Notes: a model not told the origin generated them from the sequence alone. A stretch of DNA of 63,403 nucleotides, filler included, from Octopus bimaculoides (GCF_001194135.2; 8 parts of 6 records of this genome joined end to end with filler, not necessarily neighbours in it), one strand, 5' to 3'. Positions 1 to 11,336 are shown, counted from the whole stretch's first letter. A program made the numbers and translations.

Positions 1-193
1 AAAACACCAGGACTTACAAATATATATAACATACAGAAAATTGCACTACTGGGTACTGCACACATTCTACGCAAAACACTTGCAATATAGTAAACATAAG
101 AGCACCACAGCAAACCACAGCACATACCCAAGGTGCATAGAGCTGCGCTCGGTAGTGAAGTGAAAGCACGTTATAAAAATAAAACTACTGAAC
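1..193 (+). mobile_element. R4/Dong-type non-LTR retrotransposon 3' end (RLE C-terminus + 3' UTR), followed by (AAT)n
   Basis: Frame 1 reads KTPGLTNIYNIQKIALLGTAHILRKTLAI* (stop at 88-90), the typical LQK.ALLGTA.ILRK.L terminus of R4/Dong RLE ORFs; (AAT)n tail from ~194. Confidence 0.8.
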
Positions 194-227
194 AATAATA
201 ATAATGATAATAATAATAGTAATAATA

Positions 228-693
228 TACACCAGAAAAGGGGAAGGCAAAAATTCTCTGGGACTTTGACTTCCAGACAGACAAGGTATTATAGCACTGA
301 AGGCCGGATATAGTAACCTTCATGAGGGACAAACAAGAGTGCCTAATAATTGACATGACAGTGCTAGGAAACCAACATATATCATCATGAAAGAAAGACA
401 AAATGGTTGATAAATATGGAGACCTGGGAATTGAGATTGCTAAGATATAGCAGCTATGTGAGTCAAACATTAGGTTCAATACCACCCAATCTGAAGAAAC
501 ATCTTAAAACTTTAGAAATACCCTACAATCTAGGTGTATTGCAAAAATTGGCATTACTTGGAACTGCATGCATATTGTGTAAAGTACTGTCTGTCTGAGG
601 TCCTTGTTGTGACTTGACAAACAGTACAAACCCCTGGTAGACACAATATCTTCAATCAACAACCTCATGATATTATACACTGTGCGACGTCTA
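228..693 (+). mobile_element. Decayed R4/Dong RLE endonuclease fragment + 3' UTR
   Basis: Translates as KILWDFDFQTDKVL*H*RPDIV...CLIIDMTV...KMVDKYGDL, then LQKLALLGTACILCKVLSV; PD-(D/E)xK-type RLE motif with stops and frameshifts; TAA-rich tail at ~694-740. Confidence 0.8.
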
Positions 694-740
694 TAATAAT
701 AATACTACTAAAATTAATAATAAAGATAATAATAATAATA

Positions 741-928
741 ATTTTAAAACAAACACATAATTTTCTTATGGTTTCTTAAACATTCTCTAGATCAACACTA
801 TGTACAAATCCAAATATATGGTACCCTAGGCATAACACTTACATGAACTTCTAACTTGTTGTCCCTTGAGGTCTCTGGGTGAGACTTGGATCCAACTTGT
901 ACAAATGCAAAGCAAAAGTCAAACATAA

Positions 929-930
<2 letters not shown>
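741..930 (+). mobile_element. R4/Dong 3' UTR fragment (same subfamily as 1280-1567)
   Basis: Closely matches 1380-1567 (aaacacataattttcttatggtttcttaaac...caaacataaaa); followed by (TAA)n at 931-992. Confidence 0.7.
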
Positions 931-992
<62 letters not shown>

Positions 993-994
<2 letters not shown>

Positions 995-1193
995 GGAACA
1001 AGGCCTGAAATTTTGTGGGAGAGGACTAGTTGATAAAATTGACTCCATTGTTACACTGCTACTTTATTTATCAACTCTGAAAGGGTGAAAGACAAAGTCG
1101 ATCTCAGCAGAATTTGAACTCAGAGCAATGTGGTGGATGACATGTCACTAAGCATTTCACCTGGCATGCTAACAATTCTGCCAACTATCCACC

Positions 1194-1195
<2 letters not shown>
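993..1195 (-). mobile_element. tRNA-derived SINE fragment (family of 3379-3612)
   Basis: Contains gcagaatttgaactcag (reverse B box) and the ggcaaagtcgac-like core. Confidence 0.6.
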
Positions 1196-1278
<83 letters not shown>

Positions 1279-1279
1279 C

Positions 1280-1565
1280 CTAGATCAAATTCCAGGAAAC
1301 CCCAAAATGGCTGAAGTTCAAAAGAGTGCTCATGGGAACTGCCCATATCCTACGTAAAATACTGTCTATGTGATCTCAAATTTTAAAGCAAACACATAAT
1401 TTTCTTATGGTTTCTTAAACATTCACTTGAACAAAACTGTACAAATCCAAATATATGGTACTCTAGGCATAACACCTACATGAACTTCTAACTTGTTGTC
1501 TCTTGAGGTCTCTGGGTGAGACTTGGATCCAACTTGTACAAATGCAAAACAAAAGTCAAACATAA

Positions 1566-1567
<2 letters not shown>
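1280..1567 (+). mobile_element. R4/Dong 3' end
   Basis: NLDQIPGNPKMAEVQKSA/MGTAHILRKILSM* terminus plus 3' UTR; preceded by (TAA)n(AAC)n and followed by (TAA)n. Confidence 0.75.
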
Positions 1568-1649
<82 letters not shown>

Positions 1650-1650
<1 letters not shown>

Positions 1651-1955
1651 TCAAATTTTGGTACAGGGCTAGTCATTTCAGAGGAGGGGTTAAGTTGATT
1701 ACAATAATCCCAGTGTTCACCTGGTACTTATTTTATCGGCCCTGTAATAATCCTTTCTACTATAGTCACAAGACCTGAAATTATTGGAGAAGGGGCTAGT
1801 TGATTACATCGACACCAATGCTCAACTGGTACTTATTTAATTGACTCTCGAAGGACAAAAGGCAACATTGTCTTCAGTGGAATTTGAACTCAGAATGTAA
1901 AGGTGGACAAAATGCTTGGCAGCATATTGTCCAGTGTGCTAGCACTCACCACATT
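1650..1955 (-). mobile_element. Two tRNA-derived SINE fragments (family of 3379-3612)
   Basis: Repeated ctggtactta.ttt..tcg core and ggaatttgaactcagaatgtaaag. Confidence 0.6.
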
Positions 1956-2699
1956 AATAATAATAATAATAATAAATAATGATGATGATAATAACAATAA
2001 TGATAAAACAACAATAATTGTAATGGCATCAAATCTTTATCTTTTATCACCCATATTATGAAGAAGTATATAGTGCATGGTTTAGCTATTATTTTCTCCA
2101 AATTGATTTATCCATTCTGTGACTCAGTTGGCAGTATTTCTTTAAGTTATTTAATTTGGTGAACAGACTGCGAGAATAACAAAGACAAAAAAAAAAAAGA
2201 CAAAAAAAAAGACAGAAAAAGAAAAATTTACTTAACATTTCAGTTTCTCTTTCTCTCTTTTTTATCATTATTATTATTTATTTTTTTTGTCTTTTCGTTT
2301 CCATAAAAAAAGTATAAATCTATTTCTATTCATTAATTGTTCTGATGTAAAATTCTTTCTAGGTATTCCTCCCCCTCCCTTCGTCTCTTCCACTTTCTGT
2401 CTTTTACCATTTAGTGTGTGTGTGTGTGTATGTGTATGTGTTGTGTAATACATAATGCTTTGTGTTTATTGTCTTTAAACACACTCTGTTTATGTATTTG
2501 TGTGAGTGTATATCCTGTACATGTGTGTGTGTACAAACACACATGCATACATAGACACACACACACACACGCGCGCATACATACAAACACGGTGGTAGTC
2601 TCTTGTAGTCCAAGAGAGACAGTTCCACAATTTCTTGCTGAAAAATCTGCACAAATAATTTGTTTATTGTGATCAAATGTTTGTACTGCACACTAACTT

Positions 2700-2890
2700 A
2701 CTCTCTCCATCAAACTGACACCACCTGAACAGGTGCGCAGTGTACCATAAGTCAGGTGTTGAAGTGATTGCTGAGCAATGTGAGACGAAGCATTTTGCTC
2801 CAGAACACAATACATCACCTGGTCCAAGAATTGAAACCACAATTCCACAGCTGTGAGTGCAACACCCTAACCACTAGGCTATGCGCCTTC
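2700..2890 (-). mobile_element. tRNA-derived SINE (family of 41225-41625)
   Basis: Minus strand starts gaaggcgcatagcctagtggttagggtgttgcactc...ggtttcaattc (A and B boxes). Confidence 0.65.
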
Positions 2891-2917
2891 ACACATACAT
2901 TCATATATACATAAATA

Positions 2918-2975
<58 letters not shown>

Positions 2976-3169
2976 CATATATAAATATATATCGTTCAAA
3001 TTTACTGGAAGCAAAAGACAAAGACAGGTAATGGAAGAAGCAGGTGTATTAGTTTGATGCTTGGGAAGAAAGGAGAAGTCTTTGATGTTTCGAGTCTATG
3101 CTCTTTGACAGAAAGGGCTGAGAAGAAAAACAAAATGGAGAGAGAAAAAAATGTGTAGGGTTACTCTCA

Positions 3170-3335
3170 CACACACATATAGTCCACAATGTAAAGTGGT
3201 TGGCATTAGGAAGAGCATCCAACCAGAAAAGCCATGCCAAAACAGTGTGGCTTGGTGCTGTCCTTTGGCTTTCCAGCTTCTGTCAAAGCATCCAATATAT
3301 GCCAACATGGAAGACAGACATTAAATGATGATGAT
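3170..3335 (+). mobile_element. RTE-type 3' tail with (GAT)n
   Basis: ggttggcattaggaagagcatccaacc...catggaagacagacattaaatgatgatgatg; same tail type as 4745-4985. Confidence 0.55.
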
Positions 3336-3378
3336 GACACACACATGCACACACACACGCGCGCGCGCGCGCATGTAT

Positions 3379-3612
3379 AAGGCGGTGAGCTGGCAGAAAC
3401 GTTAGCATGCCGGGTGAAATGCTAAGCAGAATTTCGTCTGCCGCTACGGTCTGAGTTCAAATTCCGCCAAGGTCGACTTTGCCTTTCATCCTTTCAGGGT
3501 CGATTAAATAAGTACCAGTTATGCAATGGGGTCAATGTAATCGACTTAATCCGTTTGTCTGTCTTTGTTTGTCCCCTCTGTGTGTAGCCCCTTGTGGGCA
3601 GTAAAGAAATAA
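3379..3612 (+). mobile_element. tRNA-derived SINE, near full length
   Basis: aggcggtgagctggcagaaacgttagc (A box) ... ctgagttcaaattccgcc (B box) then a conserved body; at least 8 related copies in this window. Confidence 0.8.
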
Positions 3613-4023
3613 CACATGCATGCATGTAGGCACGTGCACGTGCATTGTCATCATCTTCATTTCAATGTCCAATGTTAGCCTCATTGTAATAGCTAAAAAA
3701 CAATGATTGCTTCAGAGATTTTATCGATCCATGAAGTAGGTGCAGGCATTGGCATGTTGTTGGGACAAACATGTATGCTGCCTGCTGTGTTCTGCTGACT
3801 GCACACGCCCTCTCTTGGTGGCACTCACTCAAGAATGCATATGGCCAGTGGTATCATCCATGAGGTGACATCACACTTCTCATTTTTGTTTTGTTTTGCT
3901 TTTCCTTTTCCTCGTCCACCAAGATCTCTCTTCCCTAATACACTCTAGCCAACCAAACTCTTGTAAATGGATTTGGTTGATTGAAAACAAAAGAGATCCA
4001 TTGTATGTGTGTGTGTGTGTGTG

Positions 4024-4642
4024 TGGACCAAAACAGTTCGATTCAATTCGTTGATACTCCGAGTTTCAAGCCTGATGCTGATCTTCAGCCATTTTGAATT
4101 TGAAAGAGAGAAGGTGATTGTTATTACTGTAAGGTGGGCTGTAATTGGTTGAGGAAGGTTATGTGGTGTCTCGGTTTGATGTTGGTATATCAGCGACAAC
4201 AGTTACTTGGAAATTTTCACATGGTGAACAGGAAATTGATCATGTGGTGGACAGGAACTCAGTCAGCATGGTGGACAGGCTTGTGGTTGAAGGGGAAGTA
4301 CATGGGTGTATATGTAAGTGTATGGTGTATGCAAGTATATAAGTGTATATCTAACTGTATATACTTTCACACACTGCCCCTACTTCCCCTCCAACCATAT
4401 GATCAATTTCCTATCCACTATGTGTTCAATTTCCTGTTCACCATGTGGTATTTTCCAAGTAACTGTTGTCGCTGATATACCAACATCAAACTGTGACACT
4501 ACATGGCCTTCCTCGACCAATTGCAGCTCAGCTTATGTTAATAACAAGCAACTCCTCTCATTCAAATTCAAAATGGCTGAAGATTAGCATCATACTGGAA
4601 ACTCGGAGTGCCAACAAATTTGAATCAAACTGTTTTAATCCA
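4024..4642. mobile_element. Foldback/MITE element with ~270-bp inverted arms
   Basis: ~4028-4300 is the reverse complement of ~4378-4640 (roughly 80% by eye); the mirrored pseudo-ORFs MSLIYQHQT... at 3945-4199(-) and 4466-4651(+) show the symmetry. Confidence 0.8.
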
Positions 4643-4744
4643 CACGTGTAACTCCCAATATATGTGTTGTGTGCCCTTCTTTCATTTGTTCACTCACTCT
4701 CTATATATATGCGTGTATATATATGTGTGTGTGTGCCTGTATTG

Positions 4745-4985
4745 TTTTTGTCTACTCTTTTCTTGACATTACATGATGATTGTGAATGAGGTTCACCGTG
4801 ATACAAGCAATGTTGCACATCTCCAGTCTTCCATGGAAAAACCTACCTGGTCATGGGGAAAATATTACCTTACTTGGAAACAGGTGAAGGTTGGTGACAG
4901 AGAGAGACATCCAACCATAGAAAATCTGCCTCAATAAATTCTGTCTGACCTATGCAAGCATGGAAAAGTGAATGCTAAATGACAG
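4745..4985 (+). mobile_element. SINE/LINE 3' end with RTE-type tail and (GAT)n
   Basis: ggtcatggggaaaatattaccttacttggaaacaggtgaaggttggtgacag...gcaagcatggaaaagtg followed by (gat)n. Confidence 0.6.
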
Positions 4986-5635
4986 TGGCGATGATGATGA
5001 TGATGATGATGAAGACGATAATGATGATGATGACTAGAAGAAGTAGGGCTGATGATGACTAGAAGAAGTAGGGCTGATAAAACTATTGTCTAATTTTGCT
5101 AGATCTTCAGCAGAGAAAGATAACCCATCTTTTGTCCTCTGAGAGTTTAAAAGCTTATCACTATTGAATAATGAATTGATAAATTTGCTGATATTAAAAT
5201 GTACTATTAAATAAAAAAAGATCAATCAGTTTAGGTGAGTTCTAGATTGTATAAACTATAAAGCAATGCATATGAGCATACACATGTGTTAATATGTATG
5301 CATGTGTGTGTGTGTAAGTGCATGCATATTGATATGTGTGAGTGTGTATATGCTTGTATATATATATGTATGTGTGTTTGTGTTACTTCATCTTGACATT
5401 TGCATGTTGATTCTCAACGAAGTCACCATTCACATAAAAACAGTGTCATTTGTCTGTAGCCTTTTGTTTGAATATGGTCCAGCCATTGAGCTGTTCATGT
5501 TCAAAAGACTGGAAGAAATATTACCTTGCTTCAAAACAAATGAGGGTTTGAGCATCTGGCCATAGGAAATCTATGTCTGAGACATTCGAATATAGAAAGA
5601 AATGCAGTTGTAAAATACAATTTTTATGATAATGA

Positions 5636-5682
<47 letters not shown>

Positions 5683-6234
5683 CACACGTGCACACACACA
5701 CATACACACAAAAAGTGGTGGTTATAAGTTTTACTATGTAGAACATGTCNNNNNNNNNNNNNNNNNNNNNNNNNNNNNNNNNNNNNNNNNNNNTTAATTA
5801 ATTAANNNNNNNNNNNNNNNNNNNNNNNNNNNNNNNNNNNNNNNNNNNNGGTAGAAGTGGAAAGCATCATGCAGGATCCAGACAAGCCATTCGCGTGGTT
5901 GAGACAGCCGGTCTTGAACCATAGAGCTACCTAAACCAAGCTCTTTTAAGGATTGCTTTGACGCCAGCCCGAATAACGGAACCACAGCTCCATCAGCCTA
6001 CTGTTTCGAGGTTCTTGACAGGCCTTCATATATATACATGCATAAAAATAAAAATACCCTGTTGTTGATGTTGAAATTCCAATGAAGGAGACTTGGATCT
6101 GGGTTGGAAACCGGTTCTTCCTCTATTGGCAGGAAATCTTAGAATAAACTGAATAACGACATACACACATACGCACATACGTACATACATACGTACATAC
6201 ATACATACATACAAACAAACAAATGCAGTGCTAA

Positions 6235-7082
6235 AAAGTGAAGTGAGCAACATTGTACGAGTAGGCAGTGAGCTCCTCAAGAAGCACTCTCTTCCTGACG
6301 ATCTTCTATACAGTCCCAAAACAGCTGGGCTCTCTTACCTTAGAGAAGACCTGGAAGGAAAGCACTCAGCATACAGAAAAAAATAAAACTATGCATGGGT
6401 ATGTTGCCCAGAAGCTTGAAGAAGACAGTAGAATTGACACAAAGCATAGCTGCTCTTGGACACAAGACCACTACATCACATCACACTTTGAAGACTATGC
6501 GCTTGCAGTCAAGGAATCGATTGCCACAAAGAAACAGTGATGCTCTTGTAATCCCAAGGTGCAACCGCATGTGTAGGCTATGTCATGTTTCTGTGGAAGA
6601 CATCATGCATGTGATTAGCAGCTGTCCTAAAATGTCACAGCACTACCTCCTTATGCAACATAATGCTGTTGCTAAAACAATTTACAATGCTGTCTGCTAA
6701 AAAGACTGCCCTGAAATAAACTTAGAAAATCCCTCTGTTATGGAATACATTCATAAACACCAACTCAAGGAATGATGGTGGAATATTCCCATCAAAACTT
6801 CTGTCAAATGTAAACATAATAGGTCAGATAGTATTGTTTGGGACAGAGGAGCAAAGGTATGTACCATCATAGAGGTCAGCTGCCCTGCAGATATAAATGT
6901 CTCTGAAAATCAAAGGAAAGGAGGATATCTATGGAGAACTGCTTCGAAACTTCCAGCTTCTATATCCAGACTATGAATTCATATTCATACCAATAAAAAT
7001 TGGAGCACTAAGTTTTGTCAGTAAATGCTTAAAGGAGAATCTGGATAAACTGGGATTTTCAGAAAGAGAAATCAACAATTAG
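6235..7082 (+). mobile_element. R4-clade LINE 3' half (post-RT, CCHC knuckle, RLE), decayed
   Basis: MHGYVAQKLEEDS..., CRLCHVSVEDIMHVISSCPKM (CCHC), WWNIPIKTSVKCKHNRSD, IIEVSCPAD, KEDIYGEL, IGALS; internal stops. Confidence 0.85.
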
Positions 7083-8780
7083 AACTAGTCACAACATCCT
7101 CACGAAGTATAGAAATGGAGTTCGGACAAGATAAATGCTCATACGTGATAGTCAACCGAGGAAAGACTGCCGACCAGGCAGCGAAAATTTTTTTTTTCTT
7201 TCACACGGAGTTCCGGACCCCAGTTACAAACTCATTTGCATACAACCAATAAGAGCTCAACTAACAAACTAATGTATGGGCGCATAACAAGTGATGGGCG
7301 ATAAGATAAGGTCACTTGGGTAAGGAATGACCATGCTTCTTTTCCCTTTATCTCTTTTAATAGTGCTTGTTGTTCTTATTAGAGCTGAACGGCACCTTTC
7401 CTTTCACACTTTTCAAACAATACTTCAATGGTCTGCCAGCACCAATGCTGTTTCTGTCACCAGCAACAACCTTTATTAACTTGACAACACGATCAAGGTG
7501 AGCTCTGATTGGATGTATGCAAATGAGTTCATTACTGGGCTCCAGAACTCTCGTGGGAAAAAATTTTGCGACCAGGCAGAGAACATGTATATCAGTGGCT
7601 TACCTATCTCCCCTATCTCTAATGATGAAAGCTACAAGTACCTCGGAATCAATGTGAACCTTGTATGCGTTGGTGCTGAGACTAAAGCCAGAATAACAAA
7701 AGAGTATTTCTGTAGACTCCGGAAAATATGGAGTTCAGCGCTGTCAGCATTTAACGAGATCTTATCTCACAACGCTTTTGCAGTACCAGTGCTAGTGCCA
7801 ACATTTTGGATATTGGACTGGATACTCGATGAGATACGCAGCCTGGACATCAAAACCAGAAAGGTACTGACCACCACTAGCAACTTACACATTAACAGTG
7901 ACACCAATAGGATTTATATGAGACGGAGTGATGACGGTGGAGTCATAAGGTCGGTCCAAACAGCCTTTGAATGTCGTATTGTATCACTCAGACAACACCT
8001 GCTGAACAGTAAAGAAAGAAAGGAGTACACTCCATGCATACTCAAAAGTGGGAGCATCAACATCTTCAGAGTTGGAGAACTACTATGCAAGTACTCTGAG
8101 AATACGGTTGTCCCATGCGGCCCAAAGGAAAGCTGGACTGGCTTACTTAAACAAAAGCTTGGAAGAGAAGCAGGCATCATACCAACAAAAAGCAATGCAT
8201 GAGTATATATCTCGTAAGCTAGGGAGCAACATCAGCATTGATACGAAGAATAGCCTTTCTTGGACCTGTGATAAATGCATTAAACAAAAGCTTGGAAGAG
8301 AAGCAGGCATCATACCAACAAAAAGCAATGCATGAGTATATATCTCGTAAGCTAGGGAGCAACATCAGCATTGATACGAAGAATAGCCTTTCCTGGACCT
8401 GTGATAAATGCATTACATCTCACCAAGAAGGAAATGCCTTCGCTATCCAGGAAGAGGAGATAACTACTAAATTCCTGATAAACAAAAGAGACTAAGATAC
8501 CACCAAACCTCTACGTTGGGATAAAAAATGTCGGGTCTGCTATACCAGTGTGGATGATATTACCCACATCATCAGCACCTGCACCAAAATGTGTACGAGA
8601 GACTACCTGCCCCTGAAGCATGATATAGTTGCAAAGACTATTTAAAATGCTATTCGTAGGAAGGTCTACCCTGATGTATATGTCAAAGGCATGTTAGAAC
8701 CAGCAGGTATTCACACCTTTAAAGACAAGGAATACTGATGGAACACCCAAATAATAACATCAATTCGGTGCAAACATGTG
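7083..8780 (+). mobile_element. Second R4-clade LINE fragment (RT C-terminal half to RLE start), interrupted by a MITE and a 133-bp duplication
   Basis: MEFGQDKC, YKYLGI, NAFAVPVL, RIYMRRSDDGG, CRVCYTSVDDITHIISTCTKM, WNTQI; related to 6235-7082. ORF 7498-8202 derives from it. Confidence 0.85.
7181..7569. mobile_element. Mutator(MULE)-like MITE, ~70-80 bp TIRs, 9-10 bp TSD
   Basis: GACCAGGCA(G) is duplicated at 7172-7180 and 7570-7578; the termini gcgaaaattt... and ...aaattttgc are long inverted repeats; removing it rejoins the R4 RT. Confidence 0.85.
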
Positions 8781-8797
8781 TGTGTGTGTTTAGGGGC

Positions 8798-8986
8798 GTA
8801 TTCTTTTCTACTCTAGGCACGAGGCCCGAAATTTTGGGAGAGGGGTCAGTCGATTAGATCGACCCTAGTTTGCAACTGGTACTTAATTTATCGACCCCGA
8901 AAGGATTCAAGGCAAAGTCGAACTCGGCGGAATTTGAACTCAGAACGTAAAGGCAATGCTGACGTTTCTACTAAGCTCGCCGCCTT
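8798..8986 (-). mobile_element. tRNA-derived SINE (family of 3379-3612)
   Basis: ttcttttctactctaggcacgaggcccgaaatttt...ggaatttgaactcagaacgt...gctcgccgcctt. Confidence 0.75.
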
Positions 8987-9729
8987 ACCAACAACCTAAT
9001 AGCTGAAGGGAGATTACTCGAGACGTACGATTTTTTTTTTCTCTGCGTTTAATTTAAGTTCTCGAGAGAATTCGTGCCAGTTGCCAGCAGAGCAACAAGA
9101 CTTTTGAGTTAAGAGAGTTGCCGGTGTTTGTGAATATGTGGTTGAGTTGGTGTGTTCATTGAACTGTCGATGCATACACCCGTGTGTGTGCATTTATTCA
9201 CAATGCAAAGGAGGTGACGCGAGACTTGCGTTTACGTAGTTACTGACCTGGTTCACAAGATTAGGGAAAAGATTAAAATTCAGGATTAGCTTTCGAATTT
9301 ACACTTCTGACTTAGTGTTTAAAGTATATTAGAAATATATCGTCTGGACTGCCATGTGTGGAATACCATAGGTTTTATTCGTTTACTCTTTCACTTGTTT
9401 CAGTCGTTTGACGGCGACCATGCCACAACGTCACTTTTGCCTTTGTCTCGGAAATCGACCTCAGAGAACTTCTTTTCTTTTTCGTTTTTTTTTTCTTTTA
9501 TTTTTAAAAATTTGTTTTAGTTTTGTTGTTGTTTATCTGTTATGTTGTAGATAGGTAAACCAGTACCGGTTGTCAAGTGTTGAGTAATTGTGAACTAAGT
9601 CAGTAACCACGTAAGCGTAAGTCTCAAGTTACCTCCCTTGCGTCATTTATTTCTTGAATGTCCTCCGTCAATATGGCCATATTCATACGTCCATACATGC
9701 ATGCATGCATGCAACATACATACATACAT

Positions 9730-10037
9730 GAGGCTGACAACATTATAAGACTTGGAAGGCAGCTCCTTGAGCAATGCTCTTTTTCTGACAACCTAGAATA
9801 CATGCCCAAAGAAGCAACGTATCATCAGATGAAAGGATGGGCCTATATGAGCAGAAGACTATACATGGATATATTAGTAGAAAGCTCCGTGATGATAGTA
9901 ACATCAATCATCAGAGCAGTTTATCATGAACAATAGAGCTGCCTAAACCAAGATCTTTTAGGGATCGCCTTGGCGCCAGCCTGAATAACGGAACCAGAGG
10001 TCCTTCAGCCTACTGTTTCGCGGTTCTTGACAAGCCT
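9730..10037 (+). mobile_element. R4-related fragment joined to a retroelement 3' tail, flanked by (CATA)n
   Basis: 9740-9930 is homologous to the HGYISRKL..SW region of the R4 copies; 9930-10037 matches 5905-6030. Confidence 0.6.
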
Positions 10038-10287
10038 TCATATACATACATACATACATATATACTGTAAAAAATCACATGAACGGAAGGTTTGCGCGGA
10101 AGCCTCAAGCTGTATATCGCAGTATAAAAGGTAATATCATCAAGGCAGTAAATGCTCCTCCCTAAGAAGACCTAGAGTCATTCTGGTGGTGGATCTGGAA
10201 TGTAAACAAACAACTCAGGCGCGATGCAGTGTGGTTAAACGACCGAAGAACTGAGTGCTGTGCAAACGCCTCCTGCAAAACATATAA

Positions 10288-10788
10288 ACCGTCGTCCACC
10301 CTAATAAAAATCACGCGAATGGCCTATCTGGACCCTTAACATCTACTTCTTGTCCAACGGTGATGTCCCCATGGATGATGAAAATAAACTTGGTACGCTG
10401 GAAGCGTCTAGCTTGTGACCACACACTGGCGACGTTTTCTCCGTGAAATAGCGGTGATGCAGGATTTTAGCAGCTGTGTACGTGACACGACTGGTCTATT
10501 TAGGAGCAGCACTGCGGTGCTCTCTGTACGAGGGGCCTTGGGACCAAGTGCATGGGCGTCAGACACGCGAACCGTCGTTCACCCGAAAGAAAACCACGCG
10601 AATGGCTTATCTGAACCCTGCATAATGCTCTCAATCTCTACTTCTTGTCCAACGGGGATGTCCCCACGGATGACGAAAGCAGGTTTGGTACGTTTTCTCC
10701 GTGAAATAGCGCTGACGTGGGATTTTGGCAGCTGTATACGTGTCACGGTTGGTCTATTTAGGAGCACTGCGGCCCCCTTTGTACGAGG
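10288..10788. repeat. Diverged two-unit direct repeat (10288-10533 and 10571-10788, offset 283 bp)
   Basis: Shared blocks cacgcgaatggc.tatctg, ctacttcttgtccaacgg.gatgtcccc, ttttctccgtgaaatagcg, ggtctatttaggagca and tgtacgagg; the reverse complement matches 5851-5900. Confidence 0.8.
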
Positions 10789-10859
10789 AAAACCCTATAA
10801 AAAGTGGGAGTAAATATCGTCTGGCTGGTTTATTGTGACTGGCGGACACTCATCTCAGC

Positions 10860-11035
10860 AGTAGAAAATTTCGATAAGTCGATTGCATCGATCCCAGTTT
10901 TTCACTGGTACTTATTTTATCGACCTCAAAAGGATAAAAAGGCAAACTCAGAACGTAAAGCAGGAAGAAAAGCCACTGAACATAACGCCGTAACGATTCT
11001 GCCATCTCGTCGCCTTGCCACCATCAGCGATATTT
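10860..11035 (-). mobile_element. tRNA-derived SINE, decayed (family of 3379-3612)
   Basis: ctggtacttattttatcgacc...aactcagaacgtaaag...acgattctgccatctcgtcgcctt. Confidence 0.65.
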
Positions 11036-11178
11036 ATTTCGAACACAGATGGCAACGAATTTGCTGAAGGACAGAGTCAATAAGATTGACTCTGGTATAT
11101 AACTGATACTTTATTTCAACGACCCTTGAACGATGAGACGAAAGAGATATGAGATGAAAAACTTCGGTGAAATTGACT

Positions 11179-11184
11179 TTTATT
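11179..11184 (-). promoter_or_regulatory. Candidate polyadenylation signal AATAAA of CFAP57 copy A
   Basis: Lies ~150 nt after the stop, in a block conserved with the copy B 3' flank (18159-18164). Confidence 0.45.
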
Positions 11185-11336
11185 AGCAATAACAATATTA
11201 TATGTAAGAAAAAAATTCTTGCTTCACACAGCACGGTTTTTATCACTCAGAGTAAAAACGGACGTATGACAATATGCGATTCGCTTCGTCACATTAAAAT
11301 GGTAAAACTCCAACGATCAACAAATAAATTCCATTT

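Noticed and set aside
798-1698. Poly-Y, poly-I and poly-N ORFs
   Set aside because: Translations of (TAA)n, (TTA)n and (AAC)n microsatellites.
7498-8202. 234-aa ORF that could be taken for a gene
   Set aside because: Chimera of a MITE end and a dead R4 RT fragment.
9000-9330. CpG-richer unique stretch with GTTGCC-N5-AGCAAC resembling an RFX X-box
   Set aside because: Half-site spacing is non-canonical and no linked exon or ORF was found.
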